The notes: generated from the sequence alone by a model not told the origin. Shown: positions 1-13,076, counted from the stretch's first letter. The stretch is 64,000 bases of DNA from Octopus bimaculoides (GCF_001194135.2 NC_068989.1:9726719-9790718); one strand, 5' to 3'. A program made the numbers and translations.

Positions 1-101
1 TCCAAGTATGGATGCATGCATTTTTTCAGTGCTCCAGTAAGGAAAGTAGTGGTTATAATTCGAAAAGAGTGAGAGTAAAAGAGATAAATGTGATTAGTGC
101 A

Positions 102-136
<35 letters not shown>

Positions 137-570
137 AAAAAAAAAGCCCACATATATGCACATGCACACACACATACATTTAGACGTCGGCTGAAAATTG
201 AATCAACTAGATTTATACCAACCGTACAGGTAATGCATCACCTATAGCTGCCTTTCTCAACTGAATACTCATCTGGATGCACTAATGGTTCATGCTTGCC
301 ATTCATATTAATAAATATACACAAAAAAAAGTACTAAAAATAATACATGTTCTCTCCCCACACATTCTCTCTGTAGTGTATGTGCATGTATATAGGGTAG
401 AGAGAGAGGGGGTATAGAGAGAGAGAGAGAGGGTGAAAGAGACACACAGAGAGAGAGAGAACTGTCTGCTACATCATTTGCCATAAAATTTAGTAGCTAG
501 AATCATTTGTCATAAAACTAAGTACATTAAAGCCCAGATGTCTACCATAAAAGTTATGGCAGTAAAAAGA

Positions 571-615
<45 letters not shown>

Positions 616-2087
616 TAAGATTAATAGACTATGAAACACTGACTAAAAGCTAATAGAAATGCACTAAAGGCAAACAATATCTAATCAGTAACCAAAATTT
701 GTATTCTGTTTTGTACACAGAGCCTGGCCCTTGATAACTTATAACCTGCAATGTGACAGAGAAGAGATGTCCTGTGTCTATCAAGTAATAGATGAGTAAC
801 TGAAGAGCAGAGCTTTTTTTTATTATTTTTTAAATTTTTTTTTTTTTTCGTGTTTTTATTTTTATTTTTGAANNNNNNNNNNNNNNNNNNNNNNNNNNNN
901 NNNNNNNNNNNNNNNNNNNNNNNNNNNNNNNNNNNNNNNNNNNNNNNNNNNNNNNNNNNNNNNNNNNNNNNNNNNNNNNNNNNNNNNNNNNNNNNNNNNN
1001 NNNNNNNNNNNNNNNNNNNNNNNNNNNNNNNNNNNNNNNNNNNNNNNNNNNNNNNNNNNNNNNNNNNNNNNNNNNNNNNNNNNNNNNNNNNNNNNNNNNN
1101 NNNNNNNNNNNNNNNNNNNNNNNNNNNNNNNNNNNNNNNNNNNNNNNNNNNNNNNNNNNNNNNNNNNNNNNNNNNNNNNNNNNNNNNNNNNNNNNNNNNN
1201 NNNNNNNNNNNNNNNNNNNNNNNNNNGAGAGTTGTGGTGGTGGTGGTGGTGGTGGTGGTGGAGTTGGTGGTGGTGGTGGTGGAGTTGTTGGTGGTGGTGG
1301 TGGTGGTGGTGGCGGCAGCAGTCGTCATTGTCATCATTGTCGCGTCATCTAACATACTTAGAATGGATCAAGCGGTTGACATGTTCAGCAAGCTCCACGT
1401 CATTGTCAGATTCCAATTAATAATCCAGTTTGAACAGTTGTGTTTGACTGTACTCTACACATATGCAACACATGTTTATTTGAGGGCGAGAGAGAGAGAG
1501 AGAGAGAGAAAGAGAGGGAGGTTTGGGTGGTAGCGCATGTAACATAATGTCCAAAAGTCCAAAATATGCACAACTGCAATGTCAGACTACTTTAATATGA
1601 TTAACAGTTCAACAGTGGTACAATGAGGCTTCACTGACAGAAAATGGTACTTGCACATTTATTCCTCACGTCTTTATTTTCCCCAGAATAGAATTAAATT
1701 TTGACAGCTGTGCTCTCGAGTTATCTTCAGGGCTATATTGAAATACATTGTTATAATGGACAATAAGATTAAAGCCCAATATCATTGAACAAGTACCAAT
1801 TTTCTTGGATATCCAGCTCTGGAAATTCCTCTTTCTCTCTACACACAACTGGTTATCTAAAATCTTTTACTTCTTAATAGCATTTATTATTTGGCCAAAC
1901 ATATGATTTGAGTAATTTTTTTTTCTTTTTTTTGGTTCCCCTCGATGCTGCTTGAATCAGTGATTTTCACTGCAACCCAAAATGACTGGCCCAGAGCAAT
2001 AAATACACAAGGGATGAAGTCACAGCAGAAGTCATTGTGGGCAGTAACAAGAGGAAAATTTGGAATTATCTAAGAATTTTTTCTTAA

Positions 2088-2307
2088 CCCTTTAGCATTC
2101 AAATTACTCTGTCAAATACATTGCTTATTTATTCATATTATTTTGAATTAATCATACATTATCTTGTAGCTTTGAGATTTCGATGATGTGATTGTATATT
2201 TTTAGAATGACATTGTCGGGTAGGTGTGAGATGCTGGATCTGGCCTGTTTGCACATAAAACGGGGAGAATATTTGTGCTGGATATGGCCAGTTCCAATGC
2301 TAACGGG
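2088..2307. mobile_element. piggyBac-like MITE, copy 1
   Basis: Ends TTAA-CCCTTTAGCATT ... AATGCTAACGGG-TTGG (imperfect TIR, TTAA at one end). The interior is homologous to 32905-33126 in reverse. Confidence 0.65.
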
Positions 2308-2489
2308 TTGGTGTGATAACATATAAGACAAAGTGAGACAAGACATGGAAGATCCACAGGGGATAGATATTCAGTTTTGCAATAAATTACTTATGGCAAA
2401 CTGCACCAAGTGGGATTAACTAAATAGAATACATGCCCCTCTTCATCATTTAATTAATAATAAAATACACATTCATCCATATATATCAT

Positions 2490-2652
2490 CTACACATTGT
2501 AAAGTGGTTGGTATCGGGAAAGGCATCCAGCTGTAGAAACCACACCAAAGCAGACACTGGTGCATGATGCAGTCCTTCAGTCCATTGGATCCTGTCAAAC
2601 TGTCCAACGTACACCAGTATGGCCCATGAATGTTTGATGATGATGATGATGG
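2490..2652 (+). mobile_element. Family C repeat (SINE-like or LINE 3' tail ending in (GAT)n)
   Basis: Signature gtggttgg..t.ggaagggcatccagctgtagaaac. Other copies at about 7240-7390(+), 14240-14470(-), 16755-17170(-), 22765-22952(+), 34800-35196, 38815-39060(-), 48915-49140(-), 58560-58680(-) and 62205-62420(-). An RTE-related tail is an inference. Confidence 0.7.
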
Positions 2653-4292
2653 TGATACGCACATACACACACACACATAAATATACATATACACAATTTA
2701 TATGTAGTTTGAACTTATGTACTTTACAACTCAAGTTTATAGTGTTCGTGTTTCCTTGCGGTGAAAGTATTGTAGCTGAGATAATGAAAAGACCTGTCAT
2801 ATCTCTAGAAATTGTGACAAAATAAAAGTATCACCGAAGCTGATTGCTTCTGATGTGGATGGACAGAGACAGATTACATACCACTAATTATATTGATAGA
2901 TAATTAACGGTATTTTTACTACAACAGAAGGGACTGCCTTCCAGCGAGTTAAATGCATAAATTAGATTTTTAATTCCCTGCTTGATATATTTATGCTACT
3001 AATGATTTTTGAAAAAGCATGATTGTCACTAATTCCCATAATTCTTCTTTTTTTTTTATAAAACATAGCTTGGTTGTGCCTGATCAAAAGAAAGCGATAA
3101 CTTGAATTGCAATATGCTTGAGTAAAACTCAGGATGGTAGTGAAGATGGTGATGGAGAAAATATGTCAAGAATATGTGCTGTGAACTATAAAAAAAGTTT
3201 GAGGAACTCTACTGAGACTAAAGAAAGAGACAGACTCCAGTGAAAATGTGATTCCTGTTCAAAAGAAAGATTGAAATGACAAGAGCAATCTGATAATATG
3301 ATATTCTGCCATATCATATCACATATATATCCTTTTAATGTAATTTTATTAATAACTGGTGAAGATTACTGCAGATATTAATGTTAATAATTAAACACCA
3401 CAGCTCAGTGGATGAGAGCAGGAGAATGCAATTTAAAATCAGATATCTCCGCAATGTCATGAAAAATTCATTCCATATTTTACATTAACATTCCTTGAAA
3501 GTCTGCTGTCAGTTAAGCCACATTGGTAAGATAGTCTCACTGAAGTATTTGCAAAGGTGACAGACAAGCAGCCATAAATAAATGGTAAGGTGACGGGAGA
3601 GGGTGGAGGGCATGCTTGGAAGTGAAATAAGAAAACTGTAGCCAATCAGATTATTATTAATTAGTAGATGTCAACAGATTTATCCAAAAGCAAGAATGAT
3701 TTTTCTTTTTCCTTAAAACCAGCAAACAACACACACACACACCTGTCATCCTAGATATAATACAGTCAGATTTATTACTCTTTTAATGATTTTTAGCAAA
3801 TCTTTAGATGTATCTTATTTTGTAATAAAAATTCCAATTTTACTGTTAAGAGAAGATGGTTTAAAAGAAGGAAAAAAAAAATCCAAAATTCTGTGATTGG
3901 AAAATATCTACTGCCATAAATTTGAAGAATATTAATATTTGAGATGTTTTTGAAAGTCCCAGAAGGTTTATAGCCATAGTTGAATATAGATCTACAATTT
4001 CTATTTTCTTTTTTTTTTTATCGTTAATACTGTTAACTTATATATATTTGTAGATATTTGCAAAGGACACAAAGATAATTACATCTAGACTTTATTTATA
4101 AAGAATCATAACAGTATTATTAAATTTAAACCTAACCCTACAAGGAATCGTGTCTACCTGTGGGCAGAAGATCAATCAATAACAGGAAAAAGGCTTGTTT
4201 TTAACTGAATGAAATGCACAGATAACAGTGTGCTCACACTCACACACACACATATATACACACAAACACTAACAAACACATGCACATGTATG

Positions 4293-4327
<35 letters not shown>

Positions 4328-4536
4328 AAAGTTATCCACAATAGAATAACAATGATAGTATTAAAACTTGTTTTAAAATAATAAATAATAAGGACCTTCT
4401 GAATAACCGGACGTGTGTGTGTGAGAGAGAGACAGAGAGACAGAGACAGAAAGTAAGAGTGAGACAGAGAGAGAGAGTTTAAAGGAGCGTTAGCTTTAAA
4501 ACTTTAGACATCTATTCTACATTCTAGATAAGTCAT

Positions 4537-4567
<31 letters not shown>

Positions 4568-5824
4568 NNNNNNNNNNNNNNNNNNNNNNNNNNNNNNNNN
4601 NNNNNNNNNNNNNNNNNNNNNNNNNNNNNNNNNNNNNNNNNNNNNNNNNNNNNNNNNNNNNNNNNNNNNNNNNNNNNNNNNNNNNNNNNNNNNNNNNNNN
4701 NNNNNNNNNNNNNNNNNNNNNNNNNNNNNNNNNNNNNNNNNNNNNNNNNNNNNNNNNNNNNNNNNNNNNNNNNNNNNNNNNNNNNNNAAAAAATCCAAAT
4801 GGAATAGCCAAAGAACCAACCACTAGATCAACACTAACCCACAGAGGGGACAAGTTAGCTTTTGACGGAAGGCTGGAAATGCCTGGGCAGGTTTGCAAGG
4901 TGTTTACATTCTTACCCAAATAATGCCAGCATGCATCTAAGATGACATTCCAGTCCTCCACAAGCATTAATGAGTGGAAACTCCAAGAATGCTTTGATAT
5001 ATCTGAAGAATTCCAGTCCTGATGAACTGTAGCCCTTGATATAATTGAAGAACTCCAGCCCTTGAGATATCTGAAGAACTCATGGCCCTTCCTCTGGCCC
5101 AAGTCAGGAGACGTAGATGGTTACAAGTCAGAAGGTACAGTCTTTGGTGCTGTTCATGTCCCAATTCTTCACCTTACAATCATCCATACCTGAAGATCCA
5201 GATCTTTCCTAAATAACACTACACTACCACCTTGCTGAATCCAGATTGACTGAAAAGGTCAATAATCTTATAGTCATTAAGAAGAAGCACAAGTTTACTG
5301 TGTGAAAGAAATTCTGGTCTCACTGAAGGTCACCAAATTCAAATACAGTGTTCTGACATCGCTAAGCATGTGACCTTTCCACAGACTACATGCATTTACA
5401 GAACTGATTCTTAATATGGCCATGTTGGGCAGAGAAATAGCAAGAAACTTACCTTGCTCTCAAATAACAACAGGTAATCCAGGGAGAGTTTCTTTGAAAA
5501 GCCCCTCCAGAAAGTTATTATCCACTCTAAGTTGGAACAAATTCTCACATCACATGGCAAATCTTTTCTGATAGCCAAATAGACTTTTGATGACGTTTTC
5601 AGCAACTTCTATTTTGCTAGTGTTTTTGTGAGATGAGCTCCTATCATTTGTTCACACATACACACACACACACATGTTACGTACTTCATCAACTCAATGC
5701 TGCTCCTATTCACAACAGTAAAGTTGAAAAGGAGGGCTTTTGTGTTTGGTTATTGGCATTACACAGTTGTCGTTGGATTTGCTGCTACTTTTCATGAGGT
5801 GATTGTTGTGTTTGTATTTTTACT

Positions 5825-5897
5825 GGGGAGTATAGCTCAGTGGTAGAGCATTCGACTGCAGATCGAGAGGTCCCCGGTTCATTCCCAGGTGTCCCCT
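5825..5897 (+). tRNA. tRNA-Cys(GCA), divergent copy or pseudogene, intronic and antisense to the kinase gene
   Basis: GGGGAGTATAGCTCAGTGGTAGAGCATTCGACTGCAGATCGAGAGGTCCCCGGTTCATTCCCAGGTGTCCCCT. D arm and anticodon arm are intact (GCA at 5858-5860), and T-runs follow. There is a bulged extra G in the acceptor stem, T at position 58 and a C-A mismatch in the T stem. Confidence 0.85.
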
Positions 5898-5928
5898 TTA
5901 AAAAATTTTCATTTTCAAAGATTTTTTT

Positions 5929-6336
5929 ATAGGTGCAGGAGTGGCTGTGTGGTAAGTAGCTTGCTTAACAACCACATGGTTCCAGGTTCATTCCCACTGC
6001 GTGGCACCTTAGGCAAGTGTCTTCTACTATAGCCTCACACCAACCAAAGCCTTGTGAGTGGATTTGGTAGACGGAAACTGAAAGAAGCCTGTCATATATA
6101 TGTATATATATGTACATGTGTGTGTATATATATTTGTGTATCTGTGTTTGTCCCCCCAATATCACTTGACAACCAATGCTGGTGTGTTTACGTTCCCGTA
6201 ACTTAGCGGTTAGGCAAAAGAGACTGATAGAATAAGTACCAAGCTTACAAAGAATAAATCCTGGGGTCGATTTGCTCGACTAAAGGCGGTGCTCCAGCAT
6301 GGCCACAGTCAAATGACTAAAACAAGTAAAAGAGTA
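5929..6336 (+). mobile_element. Family B SINE-like element, full length (tRNA-like head, central TA/CA microsatellite, conserved tail)
   Basis: Head ggagtggctgtgtggtaag...ggttcattccc; core ggcaagtgtcttctactatagcctc...ccttgtgagtggatttggtagacggaaactgaaagaagcc; tail ggtgctccagcatggccacagtcaaatgactaaaacaagtaaaagag. More than 15 homologous copies or fragments occur in the window. Confidence 0.85.
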
Positions 6337-6964
6337 ATAACTTTTATTTTTTTGGCTAGTGTGGTCAATGGTTTCGCTATTGTTATTCTTCTTCTTGCTG
6401 TTGGCATTTCTTTAGCTGTTGTGGCTGCAGTTATTGTTGTACTCTGTGAGTTTAACCCTTATTTTTTTTTTTATTCTGTTGATAAGCAGATGTTTGGTGG
6501 ATTCTTCAAAATCAGGATCTCCATACCCATTTCAGACGAGTTTTATTCTTTCTGTTTTTCTTCCCCTGACAGTACTTCTTCCAATCGAAGAATATTACTT
6601 GTTGTTCACTTCTGATGGCACATTTAATGCCTTTATAACTCACCAGGTGGAAGGTGTTTGGCCAAAACTACTAAATTGTTAACACTACTGTACTAGCTTG
6701 ATACTCACTGAGTGCTTTGTCAGTGTTTATACTCATTTTCATTGGCTGAGTAGACTGAAACAATGTGAGGCAGAGTGCTGTGTCAGAAAATAAAACATAT
6801 CTGAACTGGGAATTGAACTCAAAACTTTATGATCAAAAGCCCAGTTGTTTAACCACTAGGCCATGGTTCTTCAGATTTTAGTTAGAGATTTACGCTCAAT
6901 TTTCTGTGCTATATAGGGATGAATTTATTTTGTTTTCACATGCTAATTTGCATATCTACGTTTT

Positions 6965-7160
6965 GGCACAGGCATGTCTGTGTGGATCTCGACCATATGG
7001 TTTCAAGATCAGTTCCCCTGCATGGCACTCTGAGCAAGTGTCTTCTACTACAGCCCTGGGCCAACCAAAGCTTTGTGAGTGGATTTGGTGGGTGGAAACT
7101 GAAAGAAGCCTGTCAATATATTTATGTATGCATGTGTATGTGTGTTTGTGTGTGAGTGAG
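6965..7160 (+). mobile_element. Family B, 5' half
   Basis: Homologous to 5929-6100. Confidence 0.75.
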
Positions 7161-8199
7161 TGAGTGTATATATGTTTGTATCTCCTAACCCTCACATCTT
7201 GTAATTGTTGCAAACAAATGACATTCATGCCCAATATACTGCAAAAACATGTCAGGCCATAACTCGGAAACCAGATATTAAAGGTTGGTGACAGGAAAGG
7301 CATCAAGAAGTAAGAAATCTGCCTCAATAAACTCTGCCTGACCCAGGTAAGCATGGAAAATTGCATGTTAAATGATGATAATGATAATGATGCACACATT
7401 TGCATATTTACACCAGAAAATTCTAAGCCTGTCGTTATTTAAACCCAAGTCAGCTCTAACCAAGTCGACTTACCTAAGACCAGAAGTCATTCCAGCAGCA
7501 TCTTTTGCTAATATTTTTCAGACACAGTGTAGCACGGATTATATTATGTAATGTTCCCCATTTTAAGATGGTAGGGTGTGATTTGATGTCGAATGACCAA
7601 ATAAAAGATATTGCACAGGGCTCGGTTTCTTTCTTCTTTTTTTTTCCGTTTTTGTTTTATTTAATGCTACATGTCCTCCCCCCGCCACCTTTTATTATTG
7701 CTAACCATTCAAATGTGAACCGGGATCTGCTAGTGTATGTAGTTACCAACCAGATGAATGAAGTGAAGCAAAAAGATTAATGTGAGTTGATTCCGGGTAA
7801 GAAACTAATCACACCATAGAAATTATTGAAGCAGCTTCTTAACCAATAAGTCACTATGTGTGTGAGTATATATATATATTATATATATATATATATATAT
7901 NNNNNNNNNNNNNNNNNNNNNNNNNNNNNNNNNNNNNNNNNNNNNNNNNNNNNNNNNNNNNNNNNNNNNNNNNNNNNNNNNNNNNNNNNNNNNNNNNNNN
8001 NNNNNNNNNNNNNNNNNNNNNNNNNNNNNNNNNNNNNNNNNNNNNNNNNNNNNNNNNNNNNNNNNNNNNNNNNNNNNNNNNNNNNNNNNNNNNNNNNNNN
8101 NNNNNNNNNNNNNNNNNNNNNNNNNNNNNNNNNNNNNNNNNNNNNNNNNNNNNNNNNNNNNNNNNNNNNNNNNNNNNNNNNNNNNNNNNNNNNNNNNNN

Positions 8200-8258
<59 letters not shown>

Positions 8259-8372
8259 CACATATAACAGACTTTCAAAGAATAGGGTAAAAAAAAAATG
8301 GAAAGAAGAAAAAAAAACACAAAAAGAAAAGTCTACAAAAGTCTAGAAAAAGACAATGAAAAGACAACTTAC

Positions 8373-8473
8373 CTTGAATGCCATAAATTTATGATAAGGT
8401 TTAGGAGCCCAAGCATAGATCTCAATGCAGTCTTGAAGGGCTATCACAAGGAATTTGATCCGTTCATATTTTA
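8373..8473 (-). CDS. MAP4K4: MAP4K4/msn-group kinase CNH exon (101 nt, phase 1 to 0): (V)[33 protein letters not shown]
   Basis: Acceptor gtctttgcag|TA, donor AAG|gtaagt. Near-invariant [12 protein letters not shown] and [15 protein letters not shown] motifs; lies inside track ORF 8343..8597. Confidence 0.97.
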
Positions 8474-9313
8474 CTGCAAAGACAAGGAATGAAAAATGAA
8501 GGAAGACATTCTTAGAAAAGCAGATTATAATGAGATTCAAGGAATATAGCAAGTTCTGGTATGAAATCCAGTTTGTTAAAAAGAAATTTTGAAACAAGTG
8601 ATTAATAAAAGAGAAAAAGAAATATAACCTCAGCTAAAGGTGGTTTGTATTTTTATATTTTATATACGATGGTGATTATTATAAGTGTGCCTGTGTGTGT
8701 GTGTGCATATAAATGGATATATGATTACATGTATATATATATAGACAGACAGACAGACAGACAGACAGATAGATAGATAGATAGATATACATGAATGTGT
8801 GTGTGTGTGTACTCAAATGTTCTGCTTGAAGAAACAGGAAAATATGACAAAATTACTGAAAATTAGGCCTGACTCAGGTGTTCATAACAAGTTCTGAACA
8901 TGTGGCATAGAAAGGAAATACATGTGTGTTTGTAGGTGCCCGAACATATAGCTCTGTGTATGTCTGCAGGTGTGCGATGTACCTGCATAGAAGCACACAC
9001 ACACAGCTATCTAAATAATTACATCATGTATATACACACCTGTGTTTGTGTGCATGCGTATGTATATGTGTGAATATACATATATTGTGCGTGTGTATCT
9101 CTGTGTGTATATATATATATATATATATGTTGTACTTGGGGATGGTCATATTGCAAAACAAATATGTATATATATATGTATATATACATATATATAAGTA
9201 TATGCATATAGATATATGTGTGTGTGCATGTGTATATATGTCATGTGCGTGTGTATATATATACATATATATATATATGCATCAAATGTATGTGTATGTC
9301 TGTATATATGTGC

Positions 9314-9362
<49 letters not shown>

Positions 9363-10204
9363 CATACATACACACACATATTTATATCAAATATGCATAA
9401 ATTTTAACGTATTTATATGCATTTGTAGGGGTTTATGCATATGAATATACTAATGCTAGTGGGTGTGTAACTATGCGAGAGAATAAGAGCACTAGCCAGT
9501 GTGTAAATATATTTATGTGCATATGTTTTGGCGTACGGGTGCATGTTTATCAATAATTACATCTAAGTGCATGTGTGCTCTTGTGTGTGTGTGTTTGTGT
9601 GTGAGCACGTGTGTGCATATAAATGGATATGAAACTGCATTGAAAAACAGCATAAATGTGCATATTTATTTACTCAAAATTACTGCTCCAAAGAAGCTTT
9701 CACACTTTAAATATCTGGAGATAAGAATTTCCATGAATTTATCAAATTTATATTTACGAGTGTGTTCACATACATGTGTGTTTAAATGCATTACTGATAC
9801 TGTCGGTCGTTGTCAGAAAGTAATCATTCTTTGTTTGTTTGTTCGTTTGTTTGTTTTGTTTGTTTTTTTGTTTTAATTTCTTTTATTGTTTCCATTTTAT
9901 TTGGTTTGTCTTCAAGACAAAAGATACAGATTCATGTATTGTCAGGGTGAAACGAGAGAAACTGCATAAACAGAAGGTGTCACGTCGAAAAAGATAAACG
10001 AAGTCTCTTCCTAGAAACAAGTGATAGGTGTTTGTGTGTGTGTGTAAGCACGTACACAAACATGTCTGACTGTAATGGCCAAGTGGTTAAGGTACAGAAT
10101 TGCCCAACTCACAGAACATGAGTTCAAATCTTCTGCAAGCATTCTATTGCATAACTGCCCAACCTGTTCTGTCCAATGTCAAAGACAAGTACATATCTTT
10201 ATTT

Positions 10205-10606
10205 GTTTACTCTTTTTACTCTTTTACTTGTTTCATTCATTTGACTGTGGCCATGCTGGAGCACCACCTTTAGTCAGGCAAATCGACCCCAGGACTTATT
10301 CTTTAGAAGCCTAGTACTTATTCTATTGGTCTCTTTTGCTGAACCACTAAGTTACGGGGGACGTAAACACACCACCATCGGCTGGCAAGCAATGTTGGAG
10401 GGACAAACACAGACACACAAACACACACATATACATATATATGGCAGGCTTCTTTCAGTTTCCGTCTACCAAATCCACTCACAAGGCTTTGGTCGGCCCG
10501 AGGCTATAGCAGAAGACACTTGCCCAAGGTGTCACGCAGTGGGACTGAACTCAGAACCATGTGGTTGGTAAGCAGGCTACTTACCACACAACCACTCCTG
10601 CGCCTG
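10205..10606 (-). mobile_element. Family B, full length
   Basis: Reverse complement of 5929-6336, roughly 90% identical over the 5' 165 nt by eye. Confidence 0.85.
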
Positions 10607-10789
10607 TTTGTTTGTTTTCTTTTTTTTGTATTTTGTTTTAGTGGGAGAAGGGAGAGGAGAAAATCAACAGGACTGATTATGCAGTCATAAATTTCTCTCT
10701 AATTGTAAGCAGTCTATTAACAGTTATTTTCAATTAGTTTCCATCATTGGACCGCAGCCACAAATCCACCATAGTATTTATATTTTCAG

Positions 10790-10893
10790 TCTTGTACTTA
10801 TTCTACCAGTTTCATTTGCTGAACTGCTAATTTACAGGGACATAAACAAACCAACACCAGTTGTCAAGCAGTGGGGAAGCACAAACAGGCATT

Positions 10894-10932
<39 letters not shown>

Positions 10933-11095
10933 CAGACTTCAACACAGTTCCATCTACCATATTTACTCACAAGTCATTGGTCAGCCTGGGGCTATAGAAG
11001 AAGAGACTTGCCCAAGGTGTCACGCAGTGGAACTGAACCCAAAATCATGTGGTCGGGAAGCAAGCTCCCTAGCCACACAACCATACCCACTCCTA
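10790..11095 (-). mobile_element. Family B, diverged
   Basis: gacttgcccaaggtgtcacgcagtggaactgaaccc and tail fragments. Confidence 0.75.
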
Positions 11096-11106
11096 GGTAA
11101 TAATTT

Positions 11107-11342
11107 GTTTATTTCTTTATTGCCCATAGGGGGCTAAACATAGAGGGGACAAACAAGGACAAACAAAGGGATTAAGTCGATTACATCAACCTCAATGCAT
11201 AACTGGTACTTATTTAATCGACCCTGAATGAATGAAAGGTAAAGTCGACCTCAGCGGAATTTGAACTCTGAACATCTTGGCAGATGAAATGCCAGTAGGC
11301 ATTTCGCCCAGCGTGCTAACCATTCTGCCAGCTCACTGCCCT
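11107..11342 (-). mobile_element. Family A SINE (tRNA head plus CORE-like domain), 10 bp TSD
   Basis: Pol III A/B boxes on the minus strand and a CORE-like cctttcattcattcagggtcgattaaataagtaccag. TSD gtaataattt at 11097-11106 and 11343-11352. Probably one of the known octopus CORE-SINEs; family name not verified. Confidence 0.85.
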
Positions 11343-12232
11343 GTAATAATTTACTAACAAAATAGTGTATTTCTCCAGGGTCAAACAAGAGACAAAAGAG
11401 TTACAGGAAAAAAGATCATTTGATATCATCAATAACAAAATTCAAACTGAGTATCATGAAACACTTAAATATGTACTAGATATTATACTTGTTGTAAAGT
11501 ATTTATGCTCCGTCCCTTTAGAACACTTTAATCAATGCGGTGCTGGGTCCTTGATAGCTTAAACTTCCTTTCAATTTTCCCGTGTTTGCTTTCGTTATCC
11601 AACTGTTTCATTATTCATACAGTCATTCAGATCTGACTGCAGGCTGTACACTTGTATATGCACAAACACTCTCTCTCTCTCTCGGTACATATATATATAT
11701 ATAGAATCTCATACACACACCTGTGCACATCCATTCTCTCCATGTCTTCACTATGCATAAGAGACCTGTGGCTGATCTAAACAAAACCATTCAGTCTTAA
11801 CATGGTTCCTTTCAGTCAATGTTTTTGATGTTAAACTGGAAAACACTTATCTTTGAGAGAAGATTAGTTATACTAAGACTAATAAAGCCCAAATCCTCGC
11901 TATCACTTTTAGTATTTAACAATAACAGATTCCTTACAAAGCCGAAAAGAAGATTTCTTTCTTTTCTTCTTCGGTCTTTCCTTGGTTCTTTCAATTCGTC
12001 TTTTCTTCTGATATCATTTACAGTTTACCTACAGCTTTACTACATCACTAATCTAAACAGCAAGCAGGAAGCAATGGATTAATGGATTATCAGAATAAAT
12101 AACTAGATTGGATTAATCTGCTTTTCATACGAATACGGATACGAAACACAAATAAATATAAAGACAAAAACCATTTCAAAGATATCAGAAAGATCTTTCA
12201 GAAACAGATCAGCAGAAAAAGGAAAAACTTAC

Positions 12233-12296
12233 CAATCTTAAAATGGACACAGCCCTCTAGATTCCCAACGTTCAGCCAGCCATTTTTTTTCTCACT
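12233..12296 (-). CDS. MAP4K4: MAP4K4/msn-group kinase CNH exon (64 nt, phase 0 to 1): SEKKNGWLNVGNLEGCVHFKI(V)
   Basis: Acceptor ttctaatttcag|AGT, donor ATTG|gtaagt. Conserved GWxxVGxLEGCxHxK motif. Confidence 0.95.
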
Positions 12297-13076
12297 CTGA
12301 AATTAGAAACCAGAAGGAAACCACATGAATATTATTATAATATTCTGTTTACACAGATGATGATGTTGGTGATGATAAAGTTAATATGCACAAAACATTA
12401 GGTTCACTGAACTATGAGATACCTCTCGCTTGTATATTTGATATTCCTGGCATGAAAGAAAAACTTTGAGTTTCACTTTACAAATTCCTAACTTTTGCAA
12501 AAAAGAAACGAAGGCTTAATAAGGAATTATCAAATGTTATTGCCAAAAGTGCCGAAAGTGTTGCTGAAGAGAATCCTAAAACCCAAGTCTTTTTTGCTTA
12601 TGTGATGGTGCTAATGATAAATACTTAGTCAATCAAAGATAGTTTTCACATCATTGAAAGGCGCATGGACTGGGTTGCCATGTGAAGAGGTATTAGCGTT
12701 CTAACGCAACCAACAACACAGGAGGTGGAGGAGGAAGAGTGATGGTGATGGTTGTGGTGGTGGTGGAAAAGAATCCAATCATATTTGGTTTCAAAGGTTC
12801 ACAATCTCATTTACAAAGTCAGCCCCAGCATGGCCGCCACAGTTCAATGAGCGAAACCAGTAAACAAAGCTATGAATTCTCTTATTGACTCAGCACATAA
12901 TACACACACACACACACACACACATACACAAACAAATACACATACACACACGAATAGTAACCCGATTCTTTATGCTCTTCATGCGCATAATTTTGAACAT
13001 CAAACACTGCTCTAGTTTCTCAAGTAAAACCAGTGGCTCTTTCTGTGTGGCTATTACAAAGATGAAATGCGAGAGA

